From the NCBI GenBank assembly GCA_043807225.1, contig JAZDGG010000067.1:1-61997 (forward strand): 61,997 nucleotides of DNA, read 5' to 3'. The position numbers and the translations under genes are program-made. The notes under the pieces are model-generated. The model was given only the letters and a program-made list of their open reading frames with translations. It was not told the origin of the DNA and ran no database searches. The stretch is from a bacterium (lineage in GTDB: Bacteria; Patescibacteriota; Patescibacteriia; CAZCGY01). Positions 22,614 through 32,283 of this stretch are shown here, one piece after another (position 1 is the first letter of the stretch; each line of letters begins with the position of its first letter).

Positions 22614-25600
22614 ATGGGTCACCCGATGAGCTTCGTCCACCTCCACACCCACTCACATTTTAGTCTTCTCGACGGGCTCCCGAAGATCGATGAGCTAGTT
22701 CTTCGTACCCGCGAACTCGGCATGCCCGCAGTCGCCCTTACAGACCACGGGGTGCTCTACGGAGTGATTGAGTTCTACCAAAAAGCGCGGGAGGCAGGCG
22801 TGCAACCGATCATTGGCGTCGAGGCGTACTGCGCGCGGAACAAGCTGACCGACCGGGGAACGGGAACCGACGACCGACCGTACCATCTCATCCTTCTCGC
22901 AAAGAACGAACGAGGGTATCAAAATCTGGTTCGTCTCATCACGATCGGCCATCTGCAGGGGTACTACTACAAACCACGGATTGATTTTGATGCGCTTGCG
23001 CGCCACCACGAAGGGCTCATCGTCCTCTCCGGCTGCCTCAATGGTCACGTCCCCAGTCTCCTTCGGGCAGGCAAGACTGACGCAGCGCGTGCCGCCGTTC
23101 GGCAGTACCACGACCTACTCGGGGAGGATTATTTTTTAGAGATACAGAACCGTCCGACCATCCTCGAACAAGCGCAGGTAAATACTACGCTGAAGGAGTT
23201 CTCTCGCGACCTGCACATCCCTCTCGTCGCAACGAATGACTGCCACTACCTGCGAAAAGAAGATGCGGACGCCCAAGATATCCTCATGTGCATCCAAATG
23301 AAACGGCGAGTGGATGAAGCGAACCGCATGTCGTATATTGGGGAAAATTTTTCTCTCATTCCGCCGCAGGAGATGCGGGACGCCTTCGCGGACACTCCCG
23401 AGGCAATTGAGAATACGCTCAAGATCGCCGAACGGTGCAAACTCACCCTCGAACTCGGCCACGTCCAGCTACCTCACTTCCCCACCCCGCACGGTCTGAC
23501 GGCCGACCAATACCTGCGAAAACTCTGTGAGAGAGGCCTCGAACGCCGGTATGGCGCCGACGCCCGCAAGCGCACAGATGTTCTGGAACGCTTGAACTAT
23601 GAGTTGCGTGTGATTGAAAAAACGGGTTTCGGCTCCTACTTTCTCATCGTGCAGGATTTCACCAACTGGGCAAAAGACCAGGGGATCGTTGTCGGTCCAG
23701 GACGCGGTTCGGCAGCAGGATCAATCGTCGCATTCCTGACGAACATCACAAACGTCGACCCGCTTCGCTACGAGTTGCTCTTCGAACGGTTTTTGAACCC
23801 TGATCGCATTTCGATGCCGGACATTGACATCGATTTTGCCGACATTCGTCGCGACGAAGTCATCCGATACGCAGAACAGAAATACGGACGCGATCCTGTT
23901 GCGCAAATCATCACGTTCGGGACAATGGCCGCGCGCGCGGCGGTGCGGGATGTCGGCCGGGTCCTCGGCCTCCCGTATTCCTACTGCGATCGCGTCGCCA
24001 AACTCATTCCGATGTTCACGGATCTCTCAAAAGCGCTCGCGATGGTTCCGGAGTTGCGGGAGATCTTTGAGAACGACCCGGACGGTCGGCGACTTCTTGA
24101 GAGCGCAAAGAAGCTCGAAGGCGTCGCACGCCATGCTTCGCGCCACGCGTGCGGTGTTGTCATCACCAAGGATCCCCTGCAGGAGCTCATCCCGCTGCAG
24201 CGCGCGGGACAGGATGATTCCAGCATCATCACCCAGTACTCCCTTCACCCCATCGAAGATCTCGGCCTGCTGAAAATCGACTTCCTCGGCCTCTCGAATC
24301 TGACCATCCTCCAAAAGGCAATTGACATCGTTGAAAAAACGCGAGGGATGATCGTCAATCTCGACGCGATCCCGCTCGATGATGCAGAGACGTTCACGCT
24401 GCTTCAGCGCGGACAGACGATCGGCGTCTTTCAGCTTGAATCCAGCGGGATGCGGCGCTACCTGAAAGAGCTTCGCCCGAACGCCCTTGAGGATATCATT
24501 GCGATGGTCGCGCTCTACCGGCCGGGGCCTATGGAGCTCATCCCGCAGTTCATCGATGGAAAGCACGGCAGGAGAAAAGCTCGGTACCTCCATCCAAAAC
24601 TCCAACCCATCCTCGACAAAACGTATGGCGTCGCGGTGTACCAAGAACAGGTGCTGCAGATGGCGCGCGATCTTGCGGGTTTTACCATGTCCGAAGCAGA
24701 CGTGCTCCGAAAGGCCGTCGGGAAGAAAATTGCCTCTCTTCTGCAAGAGCAGCGGCAGAAATTCATCGAGGGATGCGTGAAGAACGACATCGAGCGAAAA
24801 ACCGCAGAACAGATCTTTGCGTTCATTGAGCCCTTTGCCCGCTATGGTTTCAATCGCGCGCACGCCGCCTGTTATGGCCTGATCGCCTATCAAACGGCGT
24901 ATTTCAAAGCAAATTACCCCGCGGAGTTCATGGCATCGCTACTGACGTCTGACCAGCACAATACCGACCGTATCGCCATTGAGGTTGACGAGTGTCGGCA
25001 GATGGGCATCGAAGTGCTTCCGCCTGACGTCAACGAGAGTTTTGACTCCTTCACGGTCGTGGTCGACGAAGAGGGGCATCCGTCAAGCCGAATACGTTTT
25101 GGGCTTTCAGCGATTAAAAACGTCGGCGACCATGTTGCCGAAGCGATTCTTCGCGAACGGAAGGCGAACGGACCGTACCAGGGAATTGAGGATTTTCTTG
25201 GTCGCATCGGAACGAAAGACCTTAATCGAAAGAGTCTGGAGTGCCTGGTGAAAGCAGGGGCATTGGACGGATTCGCCGAACGAAATCAAATGCTGTCGAA
25301 TATCGAAACGCTTCTGCAATTCGCGCGACAAACCGAGAAGGCAGCAGCAAACGGCCAGACCAACCTCTTTGGCATGCTTCCTGCGGACCACGCGCCAACG
25401 TTAAAACTCCGTCCGTCCGATCCGGTCACGGATGAACAGAAACTCTCCTGGGAACGGGAACTTCTCGGATTGTATCTCTCGTCACACCCGCTCGCCCCGC
25501 ATCGCGACATCCTCTCGACCATCACCCACTCGATCATCGAGAGCCGAAAGATGGCGAATGGCGCCATGGTGAAGCTCGGCGGTCTGGTAACGGATATGAA

Positions 25601-26090
25601 AAAAATTCTCACCCGCGGCGGCGAGCCGATGATCTTTGTCAAGATCGAGGACTTCACCGGATCCCTCGAGGCAGTGGTTTTTCCGAGCGTCCTCAAACAA
25701 AAACCGGCCGTATGGCAAATTGACCAGATTCTCCTTCTTGAAGGGCGACTGTCTGATAAAGATGGAACGATCAAGGTTCTGGTCAACGAGGCGTGGGCAT
25801 TTGATCCAGAAGCGCTCCCGCCGCAGTTTGTTCCTCGGCAACCAGCTGCAGCCCCGCAGGTGCACATCACGATCACCGTTCCTGCGCAGACCGACACGCA
25901 GCTCTTCGGCGAGCTGAAGGAAGTGCTCGCCCGCTTCCCGGGGGAAACGCGCGTTCACCTCACCGTCCAAGGGAATCGCCCGCGGACTATTGCAACGCAC
26001 TTTCGCGTCGCGCACTCCCCCGATCTCGTTCGGGCCGTTGAGCTGGTTCTTGGGACACAGGCAATTTCTGTGACACGGGCTACAACATGA
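22614..26090 (+). CDS. dnaE: DNA polymerase III alpha subunit
   Basis: The product has a PHP domain (FVHLHTHSHFSLLDG), palm/fingers motifs (GPGRGSAAGS, PDIDIDF) and an OB fold at the C-terminus. At 1158 aa there is no sign of an intein. Confidence 0.95.
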   Translation: MGHPMSFVHLHTHSHFSLLDGLPKIDELVLRTRELGMPAVALTDHGVLYGVIEFYQKAREAGVQPIIGVEAYCARNKLTDRGTGTDDRPYHLILLAKNERGYQNLVRLITIGHLQGYYYKPRIDFDALARHHEGLIVLSGCLNGHVPSLLRAGKTDAARAAVRQYHDLLGEDYFLEIQNRPTILEQAQVNTTLKEFSRDLHIPLVATNDCHYLRKEDADAQDILMCIQMKRRVDEANRMSYIGENFSLIPPQEMRDAFADTPEAIENTLKIAERCKLTLELGHVQLPHFPTPHGLTADQYLRKLCERGLERRYGADARKRTDVLERLNYELRVIEKTGFGSYFLIVQDFTNWAKDQGIVVGPGRGSAAGSIVAFLTNITNVDPLRYELLFERFLNPDRISMPDIDIDFADIRRDEVIRYAEQKYGRDPVAQIITFGTMAARAAVRDVGRVLGLPYSYCDRVAKLIPMFTDLSKALAMVPELREIFENDPDGRRLLESAKKLEGVARHASRHACGVVITKDPLQELIPLQRAGQDDSSIITQYSLHPIEDLGLLKIDFLGLSNLTILQKAIDIVEKTRGMIVNLDAIPLDDAETFTLLQRGQTIGVFQLESSGMRRYLKELRPNALEDIIAMVALYRPGPMELIPQFIDGKHGRRKARYLHPKLQPILDKTYGVAVYQEQVLQMARDLAGFTMSEADVLRKAVGKKIASLLQEQRQKFIEGCVKNDIERKTAEQIFAFIEPFARYGFNRAHAACYGLIAYQTAYFKANYPAEFMASLLTSDQHNTDRIAIEVDECRQMGIEVLPPDVNESFDSFTVVVDEEGHPSSRIRFGLSAIKNVGDHVAEAILRERKANGPYQGIEDFLGRIGTKDLNRKSLECLVKAGALDGFAERNQMLSNIETLLQFARQTEKAAANGQTNLFGMLPADHAPTLKLRPSDPVTDEQKLSWERELLGLYLSSHPLAPHRDILSTITHSIIESRKMANGAMVKLGGLVTDMKKILTRGGEPMIFVKIEDFTGSLEAVVFPSVLKQKPAVWQIDQILLLEGRLSDKDGTIKVLVNEAWAFDPEALPPQFVPRQPAAAPQVHITITVPAQTDTQLFGELKEVLARFPGETRVHLTVQGNRPRTIATHFRVAHSPDLVRAVELVLGTQAISVTRATT

Positions 26091-27256
26091 CGAAACGGCG
26101 AAAAAAAGTGTCCGCAAGGGCTTTCCAGCGACAGGTACTGGCGTTTGTCGGTGCGACGCTGCTCGTGCTCATCGTTGTCCTCTACTTCTCGTTCTCCCGA
26201 ACCGTGATCACCGTCACCCCAAAGATTGAGAAGCAAACGATCACTATCGAGCTTACTGTCGGCCCCGCATCGTCCGCTGTGACCAATGCAACCACCGTGG
26301 ATCTCGCAGGGACGGTTATCACAATGGACCTTGAACGGACGAAGACGGTCTCGGATCTTTCACAGAAAGAGGATGTCCCCGCGCGCGCCGGCGGCCGGGT
26401 GACCTTTATCAATCAATGGACAAAAACGCAGCCCCTCCAAGCAGGCACACGATTGCTCTCTCAGAACGGCGTGCTCTTTCGGACAACGGAACGCGTCGAC
26501 ATCCCCGCGGGGGGGAGCGTTGAAACGACCATCCTCGCGGACGAGCCGGGCACAAGCGGCGAGGTTCCTCCAGGCACATTCATCATCGTCGCTCTCTGGG
26601 AGGGACTCAAGTCACAAATCTACGCCGAGAGTACGGAAGCGTTCACCGGCGGCACGGTGCAACAAGCCAGCGTCTCGCAACAGGACCTCACGGCAGCCCG
26701 AACGGCGGCACTTGAAGATTTTCGGCAAGCGGCACAAACGATGCTTGATGCCAAACTTGCGATGGATGCTTCATCAGCACGCTTACACGTCGCCGCCATT
26801 CTGCCCAACATCACCCAAGAACGCTCCTCGGCAAAACTGGGTGATACGGTCAGCACCTTCGACTATGTGCTGAAGGGCTCCGCTGTCGGCGTCGCAGTCG
26901 ACGAGACGGCATTGGCCACTTTGGTTACGACTGACGCGGCAAAGCGCGTTGCGGAGCATCATCGCCTACTGCGCGTTCAAACTGCCCAGCCGGCTTTCTC
27001 CGTTGTTCGCGCCGACCCAGAACAAAAAACCGCGACGATCAAAACGCAGGTCGTCGCGGAGACCATACTGCGATCGACAAGCCCGATCTTCTCGCCACAG
27101 GCGCTCACCGGCATGGATCGACAGGAAATCGACGATCATTTCAATCAGTTTGACGAAGTTCAGGAAGTTTCGGTGCGCTTCTCTCCATTCTGGGTCTTGC
27201 GCGCACCACGTTTGCCCGACCACATCAAGATCCTGCTCAAAGAGCCGGTGAACTAG
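26087..27256 (+). CDS. Membrane-anchored hypothetical protein, possibly baseplate J/gp47-like
   Basis: Its start overlaps the dnaE stop (ATGA). An N-terminal TM helix is present. From memory, the pattern ...AGGRVTFINQ...AGTRLLSQNGVLFRTTERVDIPAGGSVETTILADEPGTSG... resembles proteins annotated baseplate J-like in small genomes. Confidence 0.55.
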   Translation: MTKRRKKVSARAFQRQVLAFVGATLLVLIVVLYFSFSRTVITVTPKIEKQTITIELTVGPASSAVTNATTVDLAGTVITMDLERTKTVSDLSQKEDVPARAGGRVTFINQWTKTQPLQAGTRLLSQNGVLFRTTERVDIPAGGSVETTILADEPGTSGEVPPGTFIIVALWEGLKSQIYAESTEAFTGGTVQQASVSQQDLTAARTAALEDFRQAAQTMLDAKLAMDASSARLHVAAILPNITQERSSAKLGDTVSTFDYVLKGSAVGVAVDETALATLVTTDAAKRVAEHHRLLRVQTAQPAFSVVRADPEQKTATIKTQVVAETILRSTSPIFSPQALTGMDRQEIDDHFNQFDEVQEVSVRFSPFWVLRAPRLPDHIKILLKEPVN

Positions 27257-27426
27257 TAGCGCTTGACCCATGCGGAACGGAATGACTGGATATTCCGCGG
27301 ATCGCTCATTCGGCGAAGGAGGCTTGGTGTGGAACAGAGAGAGATCCTCATCACCACGCTCCTGTTCTGGGACGTGATTCTCCTGACGATCGCTGCCCGG
27401 CTCGTGCCTTCCCCGGTGGTTTTTTC

Positions 27427-27455
27427 TTGACCTTTTTCTTCTTTTTCCTTACTCT
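27427..27455 (+). promoter_or_regulatory. Sigma70-like promoter for the thrS leader (TTGACC-N17-TACTCT)
   Basis: The hexamers lie at 27427..27432 and 27450..27455. Confidence 0.4.
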
Positions 27456-27461
27456 GATAAC

Positions 27462-27632
27462 TAGAAACGGTGATCGACCGGTCGACCACGCCGGTATCCG
27501 CGAGGATTCCGAAAGGACCAAGCCGACGAAACGAGCGTCCTCCACGCCCTCATGCGGAGGAGGAAAATTGGGTGGAACCGCCCTGAGCGCAGTCGAAGGG
27601 TCCCAATCATCTCTTATGATTGAGGTTTTTCT
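27462..27632 (+). promoter_or_regulatory. T-box leader (tRNA-Thr responsive) upstream of thrS
   Basis: The T-box sequence AAATTGGGTGGAACCGCC lies at 27565..27582, against the consensus AAnnnGGGUGGUACCGCG. A Stem-III-like helix TCCTCC/GGAGGA sits just upstream. The candidate specifier is GAA-ACG-A (27528..27534), with ACC at 27517..27519 as an alternative. A competing hairpin CAATCAT/ATGATTG (27604..27622) followed by a T-run overlaps the GAGG ribosome-binding site. Confidence 0.65.
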
Positions 27633-29390
27633 ATGAAGACCGACGAACAACTTCAGCATCTTCGCCATTCGCTTGCGCACCTGCTTGCTGCAGCGGTCAT
27701 GGAGCTCTGGCCCGATGCGCAACCGACGATCGGCCCGGTCATCGAGGATGGGTTTTATTACGACTTCGCCTTCCGCCAGCCGATCACCGAGGCCGATCTG
27801 CCGAAGATCGAGAAAAAGATGCGTGAGATCCTCCCGACCTGGTCGACGTTTGAACGGTCGGAATCGACGCCAGAAGAAGCTCGCCGCGAGGTTGCTGGAA
27901 ATCCGTTCAAGCGCGAACTCATCGACGATTGCGCAAAGAGCGGAGAGAAGATCACGTTCTATCGCTCCGGCGGATTTGTCGATCTCTGCCGCGGCGGCCA
28001 CGTGGACGACATGCGGAACGTCAAACCAGACGCGTTTCAGCTGACAAAAATCGCCGGTGCCTACTGGCGCGGGGACGAGAAGAACGCCATGCTCACCCGC
28101 ATCTACGGCATGGCGTTCCCCACGAAAAAGGAGCTGGAGGACCGGCTCGCCGTCATCGCAGAAGCGGCCAAGCGCGACCACCGCAAGCTCGGCCAGGAGC
28201 TCGACCTCTTCTTCTTCTCGCAGAACGTTGGCAGCGGACTGCCGATCTTCACTCCGCGGGGCACGATCGTTCGAAACGCCATCCGTCAGTTCTCGCTGGA
28301 ACTCCAGCTTGCCGCCGGCTATGAAGAAGTCTACACGCCGAACATGAACAAGGCGGAGTTGTTTAAGATTTCTGGACATTACGAAAAGTTCCGCAGCTCG
28401 ATGTTCAAGGTGCTCTCGAACTACGGCGAGGAGGAATTCTATCTCAAGCCCATGAACTGCCCACAGCATACGCAGATCTACGCGGCAAAATTGCGCAGCT
28501 ACCGCGACCTCCCGCTCCGTTATGCCGACTTTGCGAATCTGTATCGGGATGAAAAGCCCGGCGAGATCGGCGGCTTAACGCGCGTACGATACTTCAGCCA
28601 GGACGACAGCCATTGTTTCTGTAGAGAAGACCAGATAGAGAAGGAAATGGCCAACATCTTCGGCATGATCAAAAAGCTCATGCGGGCGTACCAACTGGAG
28701 TACTGGATCCGCCTCTCCTTGCGAGACCCGAAGTCAAAAAAGGACTATCTCGGGGCTGATGAGGTGTGGGAGAAAGCCGAGACGACGATGGGGTCGTTCC
28801 TCAAACGGCATGCGATCCCCCATACGCGCGCAGAAGGCGAAGCAGCGTTTTACGGCCCGAAGATGGACCTCATGTGCACAACCGCCATCGGGAATGAGTG
28901 GCAACTTGCGACGATCCAACTGGACTACATTATGCCCGAGCGGTTTCATCTCACCTATATTGACAAGGGCGGAAAGGAGGCACGCCCGGTGATGATCCAC
29001 AAGGCCATGGCCGGCTCGCTCGAGCGTTTCATCGCCATCCTCCTTGAGCACACCGGAGGGAACCTTCCGCTGTGGCTTTCGCCGGTCCATGTACAGATCC
29101 TCCCCGTTGCAACTCGCCATCGCATCGGGGCAATCAAGCTCGCCAAGGAATTCCACCTCGCGGGTATTCGTGCGTACGTTGATGAGGCGAACGAAACCGT
29201 CGGGTACAAAATCCGCACCGCGTCACGTCTGCGCGTGCCGTACGTGGTCGTTTTCGGCGACAAGGAAGCAGTATCAGCAAAGCTGGCCGTGCGAGTGCGA
29301 GGCACAACATCGGTACGTCTGGTCACAAAGAAACGGTTTTTCGAACGGGTGGGAGTCGACATCGTCAAACGCGCATTCCGTGTCACGTAG
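27633..29390 (+). CDS. thrS: Threonine--tRNA ligase (lacks the N-terminal TGS domain)
   Basis: The protein starts in the editing/SAD domain (HLRHSLAHLL...GPVIEDGFYYDF). It has the class II motifs (FYLKPMNCPQHTQIY, YRDEKPGEIGGLTRVRYFSQDDSHCF) and an anticodon-binding C-terminus. Confidence 0.95.
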   Translation: MKTDEQLQHLRHSLAHLLAAAVMELWPDAQPTIGPVIEDGFYYDFAFRQPITEADLPKIEKKMREILPTWSTFERSESTPEEARREVAGNPFKRELIDDCAKSGEKITFYRSGGFVDLCRGGHVDDMRNVKPDAFQLTKIAGAYWRGDEKNAMLTRIYGMAFPTKKELEDRLAVIAEAAKRDHRKLGQELDLFFFSQNVGSGLPIFTPRGTIVRNAIRQFSLELQLAAGYEEVYTPNMNKAELFKISGHYEKFRSSMFKVLSNYGEEEFYLKPMNCPQHTQIYAAKLRSYRDLPLRYADFANLYRDEKPGEIGGLTRVRYFSQDDSHCFCREDQIEKEMANIFGMIKKLMRAYQLEYWIRLSLRDPKSKKDYLGADEVWEKAETTMGSFLKRHAIPHTRAEGEAAFYGPKMDLMCTTAIGNEWQLATIQLDYIMPERFHLTYIDKGGKEARPVMIHKAMAGSLERFIAILLEHTGGNLPLWLSPVHVQILPVATRHRIGAIKLAKEFHLAGIRAYVDEANETVGYKIRTASRLRVPYVVVFGDKEAVSAKLAVRVRGTTSVRLVTKKRFFERVGVDIVKRAFRVT

Positions 29391-30120
29391 ACTTCGCAGC
29401 GCAGAGTGGTTTCTCATCATCGGTCTTGGCGCCGTGATCGTGTATGGCGCCGTGATCCTTTCGTCACCATCGTTCGCTGCAACGGTCAACCAAGGATGGA
29501 CGTGGGTACGGGATATGAGTCTCCGCCATGGCTACCTTGGTGCCATTCTTGCCTCCATGCTCGCGAATGCGAGCGTCATCATCCCCATTCCCTACACGGC
29601 GATTATCCTCATCGTCGCTGCTGCCGGGCTCAATCCGTGGATTCTCGGCATTACCTCCGGAATCGGCGCAGCACTGGGAGAGGTGACGTCGTACACCGTT
29701 GGGTATATTGGCTATCGGCTCGGCAAGGAAGCTGTTGAGAAGAAAACGGCGGCAATCCGACAGCTTGCGGACGAGCGGCCGGGAATGATGTTCCTCATCC
29801 TGTTTATTGTTGCAGCAACACCGATCCCCGACGGACCATTCATGATCCCGCTCGGCATGATCCGCTACAATCCGCTGCGTGCCATGCCACCATTCATCCT
29901 CGGAAAGATCGTGATTACCACCTCCATCGCACTTTTCGGTACCTATACGCACATCAGCCCATCGCTTGGCACGGCAAACACGAAGGATTTTCTCCTGAAC
30001 ATCCTTTCACTGATGATTACGGTTCTTGTCGTGTACATCATTCTCAAAATCCCTTGGGAACGCTATGGGCACCACCTGCTTTCGTTTGCGCAACTCCGGA
30101 ACAAGCTTCATCTGAGGTAA
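29380..30120 (+). CDS. DedA/VTT (SNARE-associated) family membrane protein
   Basis: The in-frame GTG 29380 overlaps the thrS end. YLGAILASMLANASVIIPIPYTAIILIVAA and multiple TM helices support the call. The start is uncertain. Confidence 0.65.
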   Translation: MSRRLRSAEWFLIIGLGAVIVYGAVILSSPSFAATVNQGWTWVRDMSLRHGYLGAILASMLANASVIIPIPYTAIILIVAAAGLNPWILGITSGIGAALGEVTSYTVGYIGYRLGKEAVEKKTAAIRQLADERPGMMFLILFIVAATPIPDGPFMIPLGMIRYNPLRAMPPFILGKIVITTSIALFGTYTHISPSLGTANTKDFLLNILSLMITVLVVYIILKIPWERYGHHLLSFAQLRNKLHLR

Positions 30121-30259
30121 TCCCTGACACAAAGATGTTTGCATCGCGGCACGCATGATGCTGCTTTCCTGAACACCAAGGTGATGCTGGAAATAATTGC
30201 CCGGCCTGGCTCCACTCCATGCAAGTCATTTTTCTTCGTACTCATCGCAAGGAACGGGG

Positions 30260-30288
30260 TTGACAGCAACAAAAAATGGGCTTACGTT
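30260..30288 (+). promoter_or_regulatory. Sigma70-like promoter (TTGACA-N17-TACGTT) for 30342..30704
   Basis: The hexamers lie at 30260..30265 and 30283..30288. Confidence 0.5.
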
Positions 30289-30341
30289 GCTTGGTAAGTG
30301 TTCCTTGGTCTTCCGAGAATCTGTCCACAAGGAGGTGTCCG

Positions 30342-30704
30342 ATGCGAGCACCACCGGCAGCAGAGTTTCGCAGGCGCTTGCGAGACAGGCTCGCTGCGAA
30401 CGGGATTGTGGTGAGCGAACTTTGGCAGCAACTGAATGGCGACCTGACCGCAATGAGCGCGCTCTCCCGCGACCTGAATCCACCGTGCTTTGATGCGCCA
30501 GAGGCATCCGAACGCCGCGGATACCCTTGGGCCTCGACGGAGGCCGCAATCGCAACGGCAGAGATGACGCTTGAACGTTCTTTTCTCGCAATCCAGCAAC
30601 GTGCACAACAGATGACCCGCATGCAAAAGGAGGGATCGATCGATGCAGGGGTTGACACGACAGGAAGTGACGAGGGTCAAAAGGACATCGAGAGCGAGGG
30701 CTAA
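30342..30704 (+). CDS. Hypothetical protein (120 aa)
   Basis: ATG 30342 is preceded by AAGGAGG, has its own promoter and is followed by a strong terminator. The N-terminus (EFRRRLRDRLAANGIVVSELWQQL) faintly resembles an HTH. Confidence 0.55.
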   Translation: MRAPPAAEFRRRLRDRLAANGIVVSELWQQLNGDLTAMSALSRDLNPPCFDAPEASERRGYPWASTEAAIATAEMTLERSFLAIQQRAQQMTRMQKEGSIDAGVDTTGSDEGQKDIESEG

Positions 30705-30713
30705 ACCACCCTA

Positions 30714-30751
30714 CCCTCCTCAGAGCAAGCGCTTGAGGAGGGTTTCTTCTT
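30714..30751 (+). terminator. Intrinsic terminator
   Basis: The stem CCCTCCTCA/TGAGGAGGG (9 bp) is followed by TTTCTTCTT. Confidence 0.7.
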
Positions 30752-30803
30752 GCGAAAGAACGTCAAGATCACTACACTGTACCCACGATCGATCGGCCGA
30801 GCC

Positions 30804-32192
30804 ATGCACACAAAGAAACGAAAAACCTATTTCCTCCACGTCTATGGCTGCCAGATGAACGTTTCGGATGCCGAGCGGATGGCATCGCTTTTGGAGCGGC
30901 TCGGTTTTGAAAAAACGGATCGGGAGCAGGAAGCCGATCTTCTTGGCGTCGTGGCGTGTTCCGTTCGCCAGGCGCCGATTGACCGGATCTACGGCCAGGC
31001 GAACAAATGGAAACGGATGAAACAAGAAAGGGGCACCGTCACGATGCTTTCCGGTTGTGTGCTGGATCACGACAAACCAACGATGGCAAAAATCTTTGAT
31101 ATCATGTTCCCAATCAACAACCTCGGGAGAATGCCTTCGCTGCTTTCGGAGCATTTCGGTTCAGGAGTCATGGACGCCAACCCTGCGACCAATGAGTATT
31201 GTGACATTCCCCCGTCATACAATTCTTCTTTTCGCGCCTTTGTCCCAATCTCGTCGGGGTGCAACAAGTTCTGCACGTATTGCGCGGTACCCTACACGCG
31301 TGGCGGGGAAATTTCGCGGTCGCCAGAGAGCATTCTCGATGAAATCCGCCATCTTGTCGATCATGGATACAAGGAAGTAACCCTGCTCGGCCAAAACGTG
31401 AACTCGTATGGACTTGATTTCGAGGGCGTCTCGCTGAATTTGCCGAATCGGCAAGTCCTCAAGTACCGAAAAAACGCTCTCGGAGAACTGGAAGTCCACA
31501 AACGACCGGTGCACTCGGCAATGGGTTTTCCCGCACTCCTTCGTGCGATCAACGACATCTCGGGCGACTTTTGGGTACGGTTCATGACCAGCCATCCGTA
31601 CGATATGAGCGATGAGCTGGTCGAAACCGTTGCGGCATACAACAAACTGACGCATGCCATCCACCTCCCGGCGCAAGCGGGCAGCAATGAAACGCTGCGG
31701 CGCATGAATCGTCTGTATACCATCGAGCACTATCGTGAGCGTCTTGCCGCTGTTCGCCGCGCAATGCCCGACGCCTACGTCACGACGGATATCATCGTCG
31801 GCTTCTGTGGGGAGATGCTGGAGGATTTTGCGGCAACCACGGAGCTTATGGAAGAGGCAGAATACGACATGGCCTTCATCTCGCCCTATTCGACACGGCA
31901 GGGAACGGCAGCGTCACGAATGCGGGATGATGTGCCCAAGGAGGAAAAGGAGCGACGCTTCAACGTCCTCAACGATGTGCTTGCCCGGACTGCCTTACGA
32001 CACAACACCGCACGCATCGGCACGACGGACCGGATGCTCGTCGAGGAATACCGCAAGGGCATCAATATCGGTCGGCTGAAGAACGGACGCAAGGCAAACT
32101 TCCGCGGCAGTGACCGGATGGGGAATTTTGTCGACGTCCGCATCACCGATGCCACTCCGTGGCACGTGGTGGTGGAACTGGTGAACACATAA
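30804..32192 (+). CDS. miaB: tRNA-2-methylthio-N6-dimethylallyladenosine synthase (radical SAM methylthiotransferase)
   Basis: I take ATG 30804. The product has the N-terminal UPF0004 cysteines (YGCQMN), the radical SAM motif CNKFCTYC and a TRAM C-terminus. Confidence 0.9.
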   Translation: MHTKKRKTYFLHVYGCQMNVSDAERMASLLERLGFEKTDREQEADLLGVVACSVRQAPIDRIYGQANKWKRMKQERGTVTMLSGCVLDHDKPTMAKIFDIMFPINNLGRMPSLLSEHFGSGVMDANPATNEYCDIPPSYNSSFRAFVPISSGCNKFCTYCAVPYTRGGEISRSPESILDEIRHLVDHGYKEVTLLGQNVNSYGLDFEGVSLNLPNRQVLKYRKNALGELEVHKRPVHSAMGFPALLRAINDISGDFWVRFMTSHPYDMSDELVETVAAYNKLTHAIHLPAQAGSNETLRRMNRLYTIEHYRERLAAVRRAMPDAYVTTDIIVGFCGEMLEDFAATTELMEEAEYDMAFISPYSTRQGTAASRMRDDVPKEEKERRFNVLNDVLARTALRHNTARIGTTDRMLVEEYRKGINIGRLKNGRKANFRGSDRMGNFVDVRITDATPWHVVVELVNT

Positions 32193-32254
32193 TATCGTTC
32201 GAGCGTAGCGGAATGGCTCTTTCAAGAAATACTTTGCTCTGCTAAGATGGATCG

Positions 32255-32277
32255 GACGGGATGCTACCCGTCTTTTT
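32255..32277 (+). terminator. Intrinsic terminator after miaB
   Basis: The stem GACGGG/CCCGTC with loop ATGCTA is followed by TTTTT. Confidence 0.6.
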
Positions 32278-32283
32278 CTATAG

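Noticed and set aside
27330-27345. AGAGAGAGA string as the AG box of T-box Stem I.
   Set aside because: It lies upstream of the predicted promoter (27427..27455) and about 230 nt from the T-box sequence. The shorter leader starting near 27462 is more consistent.
27351-28469. 372-aa minus-strand ORF.
   Set aside because: It lies entirely antisense to the well-conserved thrS gene and has an Arg/Ala/Gly-rich shadow-ORF composition typical of GC-rich DNA.
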